A stretch of 64,000 nt of DNA, from assembly GCA_016700035.1 (NCBI GenBank), contig CP064998.1:59325-123324 (forward strand), written 5' to 3'. Made by a program: the position numbers and the translations under genes. The notes under the pieces were generated by a model. That model did not search any database, was not told where the DNA came from, and saw only the letters and a list, made by a program, of their open reading frames with translations. Shown in pieces: positions 26,954 through 36,877 of this stretch. The DNA comes from a bacterium. GTDB lineage: Bacteria > Patescibacteriota > Saccharimonadia > CAILAD01 > GCA-016700035. Numbering within the stretch: position 1 is the stretch's first letter; each line of letters opens with the position of its first letter.

Positions 26954-27556
26954 ATGGCGACGCGTGATGAGAAGCAGACAAAACTTACTCAAATTGCCCA
27001 GCGCATAGCCTCCTGCGAAGTATGTACCGAGTTATGTAAAACTTGCACCAATCCTGTGCCCGGCGAGGGTGACCCAGAAGCTAAGTTGATGTTTGTGGGT
27101 GAAGCCCCCGGGGCACAGGAAGATCGTGAAGGTCGGCCGTTTGTTGGCGCGTCAGGAAAATTTTTGGTAGAAATGCTAGAAACTATCAATCTGACTCGAG
27201 ATGACGTATTTATTACAAATATTGTAAAGTACCGTCCACCTGGCAATCGTGATCCGAAACCAGACGAGATTCAAGCCTGTTTACCGTACCTTTTAGAACA
27301 GATAGACGTGATCAATCCTTTACTGGTAATTTTTTTGGGCAGACATGCAATGAATGTATTTTTCCCAGAGTTAAAGATTAGCACCAGTCATGGTGTGCCA
27401 GTACGGCGAACGTATGCACACTCGGGTAAGCAGCGGACACAAGTTTTTTTACCGTTGTATCATCCGGCTGCGGCGTTATATAACGGCTCGATGCGCAAAG
27501 CTTTACTAGATGATTTTTCACAAATACCACAGTTACTTGAAAAAAATAACAGTTAA
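26954..27556 (+). CDS. uracil-DNA glycosylase, family 4 (4Fe-4S type)
   Basis: CEVCTELCKTC and GEAPGAQEDREGRPFVGASGKFL are present. The ORF is 200 aa. Confidence 0.8.
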   Translation: MATRDEKQTKLTQIAQRIASCEVCTELCKTCTNPVPGEGDPEAKLMFVGEAPGAQEDREGRPFVGASGKFLVEMLETINLTRDDVFITNIVKYRPPGNRDPKPDEIQACLPYLLEQIDVINPLLVIFLGRHAMNVFFPELKISTSHGVPVRRTYAHSGKQRTQVFLPLYHPAAALYNGSMRKALLDDFSQIPQLLEKNNS

Positions 27557-27652
27557 TTATTAGGTTGTATGTTTAAGCTCTAGTTCTGAACTAAGGGCGG
27601 GGCAAGAGCTTAGACATACTAACAAGTTTATAAAGAAAGGAAAATAACAAAC

Positions 27653-29704
27653 ATGTCAGAAGATCTAACAAGCCGTCCATTGTCGGCGGATGATTTAAAA
27701 CCAAATAATCGGCGGCCTCAAACACCGCGACCAAATAGTACCCGCAAACCCGCACAAAGCCAGAATCAGAGTAGTGCTCAGACTGGTCAGCGACGCAATC
27801 AAAGCGCGCCAAATGGGCAGGGGCGACAGCAACGTAATAATAGAAACGGCAATGGTGGTAATGGCCAGCGTCGAGAGCGCGGAAGCTTGGGCCGTCCGCC
27901 ACGCATGCGCATGCCAAAGGGCCCACAGACTTTTGTGCATGGTAGCTTTAATGCTTCCGGCGCACCATCTAATCGCCCAGGTATTAAGGCTGTGGATGTG
28001 AAGGGGGTATCTAAGGCTGATGCTGGTAAACTTAAAATTATTCCACTTGGTGGTCTAAACGAAATTGGCCGTAATATTATGGCCTTAGAGTACGAAGATG
28101 ACATCATCATTATGGATATGGGCTTTAGCTTTCCGGGTGATGATCAGCCGGGTATCGATCTGGTCGTGCCAGATGTTACATACCTAGAGGAGCGCAAGCA
28201 TAAAATTCGTGGTATTCTCATTACTCATGCCCACGAGGACCACGTCGGTGGGATTCCATTTATCTTGCCAAAAATTCCAGCTCCGATTTATGCGGCTCAG
28301 TTTACGATTAAATTTATCGAGCGCAAGCTAGAAGAATATAAGTTGCCGTTTAAGCCAGAGCTACATATCATCGACCAGGATCGACACGACCGCATTCAGC
28401 TAGGTGTGTTTAATGTAGAGTTTTTGCGCACCACGCACTCTATCCCGGACGCTTGCTCGCTGGCAATTCGTACACCAGTTGGAATAATCGTAAACACTGG
28501 TGACTGGCGCTTTGAAGAAAATCCACTTGATGGCAAGACGGCCGATAAGCAACGCCTTAAAGAGCTGGGTGATGAAGGTGTGTTGATGTTGATGTGCGAC
28601 TCTACTAGCTGTGAGACGCCTGGTCGCTCAACCCCAGAAATGGACATTGTTGAAACCCTAGATGAAATTTTTGTTCGCAACTATAACAAGCGTGTTATTA
28701 TTGGGGCTTTCGGTAGTCAGATTACTCGCATGCAGATTGTGGTAAATGCGGTGGCTAAATCGAAGCGTAAGCTGGCTGTGGTGGGGCGCAGTATGCAAAG
28801 CAATCTCGAGCTAGCTGTCAAACTAGGCTATGTCAAAGTACCTCCAGGTGTGCTAATTAAATCTAACGAAGTGAGCCGATACGAGGATGGCCAGATAGTA
28901 GTGCTCTCAACTGGCTCGCAGGGTGAGAATTACTCGGCTCTGCAACGCATGGGTACAGGTGAGCACCGCGATGTAAAGCTTAAGCCTAATGATGTGGTGG
29001 TGCTATCAGCCTCCATTATTCCAGGTAACGAGAAATCAGTTTGGGGAATGGTGGATAATCTCTTTCGTTGGGGTGCTTATGTGTATCAGCCGGCCACAGC
29101 TGCTTTCGATAATTTGGGCAAAATGCACACTGGTGGACACGCTACGGTAGATGAAATTAAGGAAATGCTCCAGTTGGTTCGACCAAAGTATTACCTGCCA
29201 ATTCATGGTGAGATGCATCATATGTTCCATAATGCAGCGATTGCCAAATCTGAAGGCATGGCCGACGAGAACTTGTTCGTGATTGAAAATGGTCAAACTT
29301 TAGTGGCGGATGAAGCTGGTGTTAAAGAAGGACCCAAGGTTACTTCTGGGGTGGTGCTAATTGACGGTGCTGGTATTGGCGATGTTCAGGAGATTGTCTT
29401 AAAAGATCGTCTGGCAATGAGTGCCGATGGGGTCTTTATGATTATCGCAACGGTTGATAAGCGGACCGGTAAGCTAAAGACCAGTCCGGACATCATTTCG
29501 CGTGGCTTTATCTATATGAAAGACAATGTTGAGCTGTTGCAGAAGAGTCGTCAGCTTGTTCAAAATATTTTTGATAAGCGCGATATCTCTACTCCGCCTT
29601 CAAGCCTGATAATCAAAACTCGTATGCGTGATGATGTGGCTAATTATCTATTTAAGGTAACTAAGCGTAATCCAATCGTATTGCCAGTCGTGATTGAGGT
29701 TTAG
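27653..29704 (+). CDS. rnj: ribonuclease J with a roughly 125-aa basic low-complexity N-terminal extension
   Basis: Metallo-beta-lactamase HAHEDHVGG, beta-CASP and RNase J C-terminal domains are present. The canonical N-terminus LKIIPLGGLNEIGRN begins around residue 127. Confidence 0.9.
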   Translation: MSEDLTSRPLSADDLKPNNRRPQTPRPNSTRKPAQSQNQSSAQTGQRRNQSAPNGQGRQQRNNRNGNGGNGQRRERGSLGRPPRMRMPKGPQTFVHGSFNASGAPSNRPGIKAVDVKGVSKADAGKLKIIPLGGLNEIGRNIMALEYEDDIIIMDMGFSFPGDDQPGIDLVVPDVTYLEERKHKIRGILITHAHEDHVGGIPFILPKIPAPIYAAQFTIKFIERKLEEYKLPFKPELHIIDQDRHDRIQLGVFNVEFLRTTHSIPDACSLAIRTPVGIIVNTGDWRFEENPLDGKTADKQRLKELGDEGVLMLMCDSTSCETPGRSTPEMDIVETLDEIFVRNYNKRVIIGAFGSQITRMQIVVNAVAKSKRKLAVVGRSMQSNLELAVKLGYVKVPPGVLIKSNEVSRYEDGQIVVLSTGSQGENYSALQRMGTGEHRDVKLKPNDVVVLSASIIPGNEKSVWGMVDNLFRWGAYVYQPATAAFDNLGKMHTGGHATVDEIKEMLQLVRPKYYLPIHGEMHHMFHNAAIAKSEGMADENLFVIENGQTLVADEAGVKEGPKVTSGVVLIDGAGIGDVQEIVLKDRLAMSADGVFMIIATVDKRTGKLKTSPDIISRGFIYMKDNVELLQKSRQLVQNIFDKRDISTPPSSLIIKTRMRDDVANYLFKVTKRNPIVLPVVIEV

Positions 29705-29812
29705 TGTGCGCTTAAAGAGTAAGCGGGGGGGCGATGGCCGCTTGTCGATGGGTGGCTTGCTGAATTATCGCTATTCCTGATAATTGTTTATATTTTAGTC
29801 ATATATAGATAT

Positions 29813-31060
29813 TTGCCTAGTAGTATAGACTATCTAGCTGTATTACCGGCTGTTATTATTTTTACCATTTTAATAGATGGAATAAAGAGTTTAACAGAGG
29901 CTTTTTTATCAGCCAGGAAGATTTTACATATTCCACGCGAAAAGATACAGGGTAATACACAGCTTTCGGTTCTTATAGCCTGCCATAATGGGGAAAGTAA
30001 GATTGCACAAACAGTCAAAAATGTAAAAGCTTCACTGCCCGGATCGGTCGTTTATGTCGTTGATGACTGTTCTGATGATCGTACTGGTCTAGAGGCATTA
30101 CGGGCGGGTGCCAAAGTATTAAAGCTAGCACGAAATAGAGGTAAAGTTGGGGCTTTGCATAGGTTATTATCGCATATTAAGACAGACTTCGTACTGATTA
30201 TGGATGATGATATGTTGATTGATAATATAAAAATACCCTACGGATTACTCGATAAATTTGATGCTGTTGCATTTAATGTTCTACCTGAGGGTAACTCATT
30301 TTTGAGTAGATTACAGAGATATGAGTATCGGAAAAGTATGGAAATCGGTAAGACTTATCATTCGAGCACAGGATCAGTTTTATGTGTAAGTGGGGCAATA
30401 GGATTTTTTCGCACCAAGCGATTAATTTATCAGGTTGATAAACATAGCGGTGAGTTTAGTGGAGAGGATTTGGAGCGAACCCTACTCATACATTCAATGG
30501 ATGGTTCGAGGGGTGTTACATTCGTTGATTATGTAGTTTCGACTGAGGTTCCGCAATCTATACATACGCTTTTCCGCCAGCGTTGTTTAGGCTGGAATCC
30601 TGGATTTATGGGTAATGTTGTATTATTGATGAGGGTATTGGTTTCAAAAAATAAACCTACTCAATTGCGCTTTGATGTATTTTATAACTTAGTAAATATT
30701 ATTCTTGATATATTGAGAGTGTTATCTTTGCCGATACTTGTAAAATATCCTCTCATTATGATAACAATGTATATTCTCTATGTTGCGATTGATACTATTT
30801 TATATATAATACTAGGTCGCAAAGATCCGCTTTGGACAGTATTAATTGCGCCATTTTATGGAATTTTTTGCTTAATTACACGATTTATAGGTATATTTGT
30901 ATATTTTTACCGCGAACTTACTGAGTTAATATGTTGGCACATGAGAAGTATACCTGACTCGTATAAACAAGCTCCTCTATGGATGCAGTTTATAAGTTTT
31001 GGAGGGACGGCAATCTTATTGATTGGAGTATTGGCGTTAGGTTTGTGGTATACGATGTAA
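29813..31060 (+). CDS. family 2 glycosyltransferase with a C-terminal multi-TM domain (synthase-like)
   Basis: VLIACHNGE...YVVDDCSDD...LIMDDDMLID (DXD) plus FRQRCLGW, a loose fit to the Q..RW of processive GT2 synthases, and 3-4 C-terminal TM helices. The ORF is 415 aa. Confidence 0.7.
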   Translation: MPSSIDYLAVLPAVIIFTILIDGIKSLTEAFLSARKILHIPREKIQGNTQLSVLIACHNGESKIAQTVKNVKASLPGSVVYVVDDCSDDRTGLEALRAGAKVLKLARNRGKVGALHRLLSHIKTDFVLIMDDDMLIDNIKIPYGLLDKFDAVAFNVLPEGNSFLSRLQRYEYRKSMEIGKTYHSSTGSVLCVSGAIGFFRTKRLIYQVDKHSGEFSGEDLERTLLIHSMDGSRGVTFVDYVVSTEVPQSIHTLFRQRCLGWNPGFMGNVVLLMRVLVSKNKPTQLRFDVFYNLVNIILDILRVLSLPILVKYPLIMITMYILYVAIDTILYIILGRKDPLWTVLIAPFYGIFCLITRFIGIFVYFYRELTELICWHMRSIPDSYKQAPLWMQFISFGGTAILLIGVLALGLWYTM

Positions 31061-31096
31061 AAAAATAAATTCAAAATACATATTGATGGTGTATTT
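31060..31096 (-). terminator. hairpin with U-tract on the minus strand between convergent GT2 and ABC genes
   Basis: aaataca / tgtattt forms a 7-bp stem with a 9-nt loop. On the minus strand it is followed by aatttattttttt. Confidence 0.35.
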
Positions 31097-31160
31097 TAGC
31101 TTGGAGCATATCAATACTTGTATTTTGTGCTAAGGTGGACTATTTACGGGTGTAGGGATT

Positions 31161-32909
31161 TTACAATTTAGTTTTACCGGTGCTTGATTGAAGTTCGAAT
31201 AATTTCTTGTAAAGACCACGGGGTTTTTTGATTAGATTGTTGTGGGTTCCACGCTCTACGATTGTACCTTTCTGTAGTACGAGTATTTCATCGGCATGAC
31301 GAACGGTGCTGAGTCGATGGGCGATAGTTAGGCTTAAGCGCCCTTTCATGAGTTTTTTCAGGCCATCTTGCACAAGTTTTTCAGATTCGGAGTCGAGTGC
31401 TGAAGTTGCTTCATCGAGGATTATGAGGTCTGGATCCTTTAAGATAGCTCGTGCAATAGCTACACGTTGCTTTTGGCCACCTGATAGTTTTATGCCACGT
31501 TCACCAACGATGGTGTTGTATTTTTTTGGAAGGTTTTCGATAAACTCAGCAGCATGGGCTTGTTCGACGGCAGTCTCCAGATCGGCTTGAGTAGCTTTAT
31601 CATTGGCTAGCTTGAGGTTTTCTTTAATAGTTCTATTAAATAGAGCAACGTCTTGCATGACCATACCAATGTGTTGACGGACTGATTCGTGAGTATATGT
31701 GTCGGCTGGCTGATCGTTAATTAAGATTTCGCCAGCCGTTGGGGCATAGAAGCGTAGCATTAGTTTTGTTATGGTAGACTTGCCAACACCTGAGGGTCCG
31801 ACGAGGGCAATAGAATTATTTTTATCAATTCGAAAGCTGATATTTTCAATGGCACCCTTCTTGCTGTCTGGATAAGCAAAAGAGACATTGCGAAACTCCA
31901 GTGACTCAAGTTTTATCAGCTGAATGGCATTTGGGCTACTAGGGAAAGTTGGCTTTTCTTCAAGCAGTGTAACTAGGCGCTCCACATCATTTTCTACCCG
32001 ATCAGTATCGGGTATAAATTGTGCAAAAGCACGGGCATTATTTCGTAGTGAGTTATAGTAGGCAGTAACGGCTACAAAAGTACCGGCTGAGAGTCGCCCC
32101 TGAATAAGTTCAAAAATAATTATTATGATAGCTAGTATGAAAGATAGCTCATTAAATATTGATACTCGGAAGCCAGATAATTGCCAAGCGTCACGTACCA
32201 TGAAGGCTTGCTCTAAAACCCTATCTTGCTCTTTACTGAATAGGTTGCGAAATCGATTAACTGAAGAAAGAGTTGAAATTGTGGTCATATTTTGAATAGT
32301 TTCGGAGAATATTGCAGAGCTAGCTTCACTATGTTTGCGCCAGGCCAGATTTGCTGGTCGATTACGCTTGCGGGTTATATGAAATTCGAAAGAGGAATAG
32401 ATTATTATACCGAAACCCAAGAGGCCAATTAAGAGATTAGTTTGCATGAGGATTATAGTAACGATAATCATTGTAAATATTGGACCCAGGAGTGAATAGT
32501 TGAGGCTATTTATCCAAGATGCAAAACTATCGATTGCTTGATTGTTTTTATGGATAATTGCACCAGGTCGATGGGTATCAAAATAGTCTGTGCTTAATGA
32601 GGTAATTTTGGCGAAGACTTTTTGATGTAGTCCAGACCTGACGGTATGGAAGCTTCGATTGCTTACTATATTAAAAATATATGAAGTTGCCAGTACGATT
32701 GCGCTTAATAGTGTTAGAAGTATTAAGTCAGATTTAACATCTGCCCAGCTTAGGCTATTACCTTTGGCGACAACCGTATCGACTATCTGCTTAAATATTT
32801 GTGGCTGGATGGCAGTTATGCCAGCTATGATTAAGCTGGCCACCATGATAGTTAGTAGGCGACCATATTGCTCGCGTATATAAGGCAGTATTTTTAAGAT
32901 ATTCTTCAT
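31161..32909 (-). CDS. ABC exporter, fused permease-ATPase (MsbA/lipid- or polysaccharide-exporter-like)
   Basis: 582 aa. Six N-terminal TM helices, Walker A GPSGVGKST, signature LSGGQKQR and Walker B ILDEATSALD are present. Confidence 0.85.
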   Translation of the reverse strand: MKNILKILPYIREQYGRLLTIMVASLIIAGITAIQPQIFKQIVDTVVAKGNSLSWADVKSDLILLTLLSAIVLATSYIFNIVSNRSFHTVRSGLHQKVFAKITSLSTDYFDTHRPGAIIHKNNQAIDSFASWINSLNYSLLGPIFTMIIVTIILMQTNLLIGLLGFGIIIYSSFEFHITRKRNRPANLAWRKHSEASSAIFSETIQNMTTISTLSSVNRFRNLFSKEQDRVLEQAFMVRDAWQLSGFRVSIFNELSFILAIIIIIFELIQGRLSAGTFVAVTAYYNSLRNNARAFAQFIPDTDRVENDVERLVTLLEEKPTFPSSPNAIQLIKLESLEFRNVSFAYPDSKKGAIENISFRIDKNNSIALVGPSGVGKSTITKLMLRFYAPTAGEILINDQPADTYTHESVRQHIGMVMQDVALFNRTIKENLKLANDKATQADLETAVEQAHAAEFIENLPKKYNTIVGERGIKLSGGQKQRVAIARAILKDPDLIILDEATSALDSESEKLVQDGLKKLMKGRLSLTIAHRLSTVRHADEILVLQKGTIVERGTHNNLIKKPRGLYKKLFELQSSTGKTKL

Positions 32910-32967
32910 AAGCCTATTTTCCTGGAAATACTCAAGTTTGACAACTCTTTATTTTATTGTCCGACTA

Positions 32968-32976
32968 TGCTATAAT
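32968..32976 (+). promoter_or_regulatory. extended -10 promoter element TGcTATAAT upstream of ftsK
   Basis: TGCTATAAT at 32968-32976. The nearest TTGACA at 32938 is spaced too far (27 nt), so extended -10 is the more likely mode. Confidence 0.35.
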
Positions 32977-33075
32977 GGTTGTAGTCGAGAGGGTGAGAAA
33001 TAGCCAGAATTCTCTCGTGTTTTTCTCTTTAAACTATCTGGCGTTTAGCGCTAAAGCGAGGCATAATAAAAGGAT

Positions 33076-35247
33076 ATGGCAACCGGTTCAAAAAAGGGCG
33101 GACGTAAAAAGTCGGCTCGACCAAATACTCGTAAAAAACAAGATGTAGCTGAAAAGAAACCACTTCTTTCCAAAGCTGCAAAACAAGATATTGCCGCAAT
33201 TATTTTAATTGGGTTGGGTGTACTTTTGATAGTGGCCTTTTTTGGTGGTGCCGGTTCGTTGGGGAACTCATTTATGGGGCTTGTGAAGGGGTTGATTGGG
33301 CAAGCAGCATATTTGGTGCCGGCAGCTTTTTTTGGTCTGGCAGTTTTACTCTTTTTACCCAAGCGGTTTGAGCTGAAGGGGCAAAACTACTTTGGCCTGA
33401 TTGCGTTTTTTATTGTACTAGCCGGGATTTTACAATTTAGCTTAGCTGGGGAGGGTACATCGCTAAGCGAACTATCAAATCAGGGTGGTTTTGTGGGCTA
33501 TGCGCTATGGATGATCTTACATCCTTTACTAACAACACCGCTGGCTATTTTCCTTTTGGTATTAGTCGAGTTGGTGGTGATTGTGATTGCCACTGGCGTG
33601 CGACTAGCTGATATTGCACGTAAACTTTTTGGTCGCGAAAAGAAGACCGATGAGAGCAAGTTAGAAGTGAAACAGCCAGGTTTTGCGGTGAATAATAAAC
33701 TTCCTTTTAAGGGTGCGATTGGCAGTGATGATGAGTCGAAAGTCGCACCTGTTACGAAGGCAGCAATGACGGCTACGCTTGATAAAGACTGGAAGTATCC
33801 ACCACTTGATTTACTAAAGGGGATGTCGACTAAGGCGGATGCTGGTAATGAGAAGGAAAAAGCAAAGATCATCCAAGATACCTTAAAAGAATTCAAGATT
33901 GACGTTAATATGGTTGGTGTTAATGTTGGTCCGACCGTTGCGCAGTATACTTTTAAGCCACAGAGTGGTGTGAAGCTCAATAAAATTACTGGTCTAGATA
34001 GAAACTTGGCCTTAGCCTTAAAGGCTCAACATATTCGTATTGAAGCACCAATTGCCGGGACCGACTTGGTTGGTATTGAGGTGCCAAATGAGAAAAGCGC
34101 TCAGGTGCGCTTGCGGGATATTTTAGAAAGCAAAGAGATGCATACCAAGCCGAGTCGCCTGGAGTTTGTGTTGGGGCGTGATGTGGCTGGCGAGATATTA
34201 ACTGGTGATTTAGCTAGCATGCCCCACTTGCTTGTAGCTGGTGCCACCAAAGCTGGTAAGTCGGTAATGATTAACACGATGTTGACTTCATTCTTATACC
34301 GTAATTCACCGGCCCAGCTGAGGTTGATTTTGGTTGATCCAAAGCGCGTGGAGCTTACCCCGTATAATGATATTCCACATCTCCTAACACCAGTTATAAC
34401 TGATCACGAAAAAGCTATTAGTGCTATGAAGTGGGCAGTAACTGAGATGGAGCGACGACTTAATTTGCTAGCCGATAACGGTAAGCGCGATATTGGTGAA
34501 TATAACCAGCAAAAAGGTGTGGATGGCATGCCTTACATTGTAATTGTACTCGACGAATTTGCTGATCTTATGGTGGTTGCTGGCAAGGATGTTGAAAGCC
34601 TGATAGTTCGAATTGCTCAAATGGCTCGAGCAGTTGGGATTCATTTGGTTTTGGCTACTCAGCGCCCAAGTGTTGGTGTGGTGACGGGACTCATTAAGGC
34701 CAACTTGCCTGCTCGTGTGGCGCTAACTACTGCTAGTCAAATTGATAGTCGGACAATTTTGGATCAGAGTGGGGCGGAGAAGCTACTTGGTAAGGGTGAT
34801 ATGTTGTTTTCTTCGCCAGAGTTCATGAAGCCAAAACGAGCACAAGGTGTGTTGATTACAGGCGAGGAAGTTTCAGCGGTGATGAATTTCTTACGTGATG
34901 AACGAGCGCCACAGTATAATGAAGAAGTATTGGCGCAGGCAGTTAAGATTGGTGCCCGTGGCGTGATGGCTAGTGGCGATGGTGGCTCAGGCGATGATGA
35001 CTTATATGATGAAGTGGTGGCTTTCGTGGTGCAGAGTGGTAAGGCATCATCTTCGCTCCTACAGCGTCGTTTTAGGGTTGGTTATGCCCGGGCTGCTCGC
35101 TTGATGGACATGCTTGAAGAAAATGGTGTAATTGGGGCGGCTGAAGGATCAAAGCCGCGCGCAATTCTGATGTCTTCAGTTGGTAGTAGCTCGGCAGATA
35201 TTGGTTTTCAGGAAGATGCAGGGGAGAACGTGAGCGCGGATGAATGA
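33076..35247 (+). CDS. ftsK: DNA translocase FtsK/SpoIIIE
   Basis: N-terminal 4-5 TM helices, a linker, the motor domain (Walker A GATKAGKS, DEFADLM) and a C-terminal gamma winged-helix domain are present. The ORF is 723 aa. Confidence 0.9.
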   Translation: MATGSKKGGRKKSARPNTRKKQDVAEKKPLLSKAAKQDIAAIILIGLGVLLIVAFFGGAGSLGNSFMGLVKGLIGQAAYLVPAAFFGLAVLLFLPKRFELKGQNYFGLIAFFIVLAGILQFSLAGEGTSLSELSNQGGFVGYALWMILHPLLTTPLAIFLLVLVELVVIVIATGVRLADIARKLFGREKKTDESKLEVKQPGFAVNNKLPFKGAIGSDDESKVAPVTKAAMTATLDKDWKYPPLDLLKGMSTKADAGNEKEKAKIIQDTLKEFKIDVNMVGVNVGPTVAQYTFKPQSGVKLNKITGLDRNLALALKAQHIRIEAPIAGTDLVGIEVPNEKSAQVRLRDILESKEMHTKPSRLEFVLGRDVAGEILTGDLASMPHLLVAGATKAGKSVMINTMLTSFLYRNSPAQLRLILVDPKRVELTPYNDIPHLLTPVITDHEKAISAMKWAVTEMERRLNLLADNGKRDIGEYNQQKGVDGMPYIVIVLDEFADLMVVAGKDVESLIVRIAQMARAVGIHLVLATQRPSVGVVTGLIKANLPARVALTTASQIDSRTILDQSGAEKLLGKGDMLFSSPEFMKPKRAQGVLITGEEVSAVMNFLRDERAPQYNEEVLAQAVKIGARGVMASGDGGSGDDDLYDEVVAFVVQSGKASSSLLQRRFRVGYARAARLMDMLEENGVIGAAEGSKPRAILMSSVGSSSADIGFQEDAGENVSADE

Positions 35248-36265
35248 AAGCTCTCGTAAAAATTCTTCTAAATCTCGATTGCAGACACTTGCCTCTATCT
35301 TAAAGCGACGACGTGAGAGTTTAGACTTATCTATTTCTGAAGCCGAGCAGGCTACCAGAATTCGAGCTCGCTACATTGAGGCCCTGGAAGCAAGTGAGTA
35401 CGATATCTTAAAAGATGATGTATATAGTAGGGGGTACGTAAAAAATTATGCTGATTTTTTGGGTCTAGAAGCTAAGCCAATCTTAAAGCTATACGAACAA
35501 GAACGAGCTGGGGCGCGCGAGATGAAGCGCCAAAGTCAGCGTGGTCGCAATGTGGCGCTTGGCGTGAAACCAATTAAGTCGACTCGTATGGTGGTAACAC
35601 CTAAGACATTTGCGCTTTTGTCGATTATGGCGGTCGTAGCTTTGGTGATTGGCTATATTATTTGGCAGGTGATTATTTTGTCGGCACCACCTAAGTTGAG
35701 TATTTCGCAGGATGAGGCTCGCAGTGTATCGACTAATTTTGGCTATGTTTCTGGTAGGGTTGAGGGGGGAGCTGATTTATATATTAATGACTCACCAGTT
35801 TTAGTAGCAGCCGATGGGGCTTTTCGGGAGCGTATTGCCTTAACTGATGGCCGCAATGAAATAAAGTTGACGGCTACTAATCGACTAGGTAAGAGCGTGA
35901 CTCAAACCTATGTTATAACTGCTACTCTACAAGACACTACACCAAGCCCCACACCATCTATTAGCCCTTCGCCAAACTCATCACCGACAGTTGAAGCTGG
36001 TGCCGTGCAGGCGGTTGTAACTGTGACAGATACCCCAACCTGGCTGGTGGTGGAGGCCGATGGTAAGGAAATTTTTAGAGGCACTATGTTGTCGGCTACC
36101 TCGCAAACTTTTTCGGCAGCCGATGTACTGACTCTGGCTACTGGCAACGCTGGAGTAACGCGGGTTGCGCTAACTAATGAGGTGGTGCAGAATAAAGATT
36201 TGGGACTGCTGGGGGCACCCGGTGAAGTGCGTCGTGGCGTAGAGTTGCGTCGCGATACAAATTAG
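35240..36265 (+). CDS. RodZ-like cytoskeleton protein (N-terminal HTH, one TM helix, Ser/Pro/Thr-rich linker, C-terminal domain)
   Basis: LASILKRRRESLDLSISEAEQATRIRARYIEALE...VYSRGYVKNYADFLGL matches the RodZ N-terminal HTH. It overlaps the ftsK 3' end by 8 nt. Confidence 0.55.
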   Translation: MNESSRKNSSKSRLQTLASILKRRRESLDLSISEAEQATRIRARYIEALEASEYDILKDDVYSRGYVKNYADFLGLEAKPILKLYEQERAGAREMKRQSQRGRNVALGVKPIKSTRMVVTPKTFALLSIMAVVALVIGYIIWQVIILSAPPKLSISQDEARSVSTNFGYVSGRVEGGADLYINDSPVLVAADGAFRERIALTDGRNEIKLTATNRLGKSVTQTYVITATLQDTTPSPTPSISPSPNSSPTVEAGAVQAVVTVTDTPTWLVVEADGKEIFRGTMLSATSQTFSAADVLTLATGNAGVTRVALTNEVVQNKDLGLLGAPGEVRRGVELRRDTN

Positions 36266-36273
36266 GAGGTTTT

Positions 36274-36771
36274 ATGGCTAAAGATGCATCTTTTGATGTA
36301 GTAAGTAAGTATGATGTGGCAGATATGATAAATATTGCCGATCAGGTTAAGCGTGAGCTGGCAACGCGCTATGACTTTCAGGGAACTGGTTCGGAGATTG
36401 AATTTGATAGAGAAAAGTCTGAGTTGCGGCTAAAGTCAAATTCAGAGATTAAATTACGAGCTATTAAGGACGTAGTTGAATCAAAATTTATTCGTCGCTC
36501 GGTGGATTTGAAGTTTTTAGATAATAGCCAGGAAATTACGCAGAGTGGCATGGAGTATAAGTGGACGCTTGCTTTAAAGCAGGGTCTCGATCAGGAAAAA
36601 GCTAAGCAGGTATCAAAGATTATTCGCGATCAACATCCCAAGGTTAAGAGTTCTATTCAGGGGGATGCCATTCGGGTGGTGAGTGCAAGCCGGGATGAAC
36701 TGCAGGCTGTGATGCAGACACTGCGTACGGCTGACCTACCATTTGCTGTAAGCTTTGAAAATTTTCGATAA
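36274..36771 (+). CDS. YajQ family (UPF0234) nucleotide-binding protein
   Basis: MAKDASFDVVSKYDVADMINIADQVKRELATRYDFQGT is the canonical YajQ N-terminus. The ORF is 165 aa. Confidence 0.8.
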   Translation: MAKDASFDVVSKYDVADMINIADQVKRELATRYDFQGTGSEIEFDREKSELRLKSNSEIKLRAIKDVVESKFIRRSVDLKFLDNSQEITQSGMEYKWTLALKQGLDQEKAKQVSKIIRDQHPKVKSSIQGDAIRVVSASRDELQAVMQTLRTADLPFAVSFENFR

Positions 36772-36807
36772 AAAGTATAAAAACCGAAAAAAGAAGCACA
36801 AAATCTC

Positions 36808-36837
36808 TTGACCTGTACGTATATTGTTCGGTACTAT
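36808..36837 (+). promoter_or_regulatory. candidate recA promoter TTGACC-18-TACTAT overlapping GTAC-N7-GTTC and GTTC-N15-GAAC repeats
   Basis: TTGACC at 36808-36813 and TACTAT at 36832-36837. SD aggagag lies at 36865-36870 before ATG 36878. Confidence 0.4.
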
Positions 36838-36877
36838 GATTGGTGAACGCAAGAATATAAGATAGGAGAGGTGGATT

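Noticed and set aside
30580-30610. Calling the GT2 enzyme a processive cellulose/chitin/PNAG-type synthase from a Q..RW motif
   Set aside because: The sequence is QRCLGW, not Q-x-x-R-W. Only the multi-TM C-terminal domain supports a synthase-like topology, so it is kept as generic GT2.
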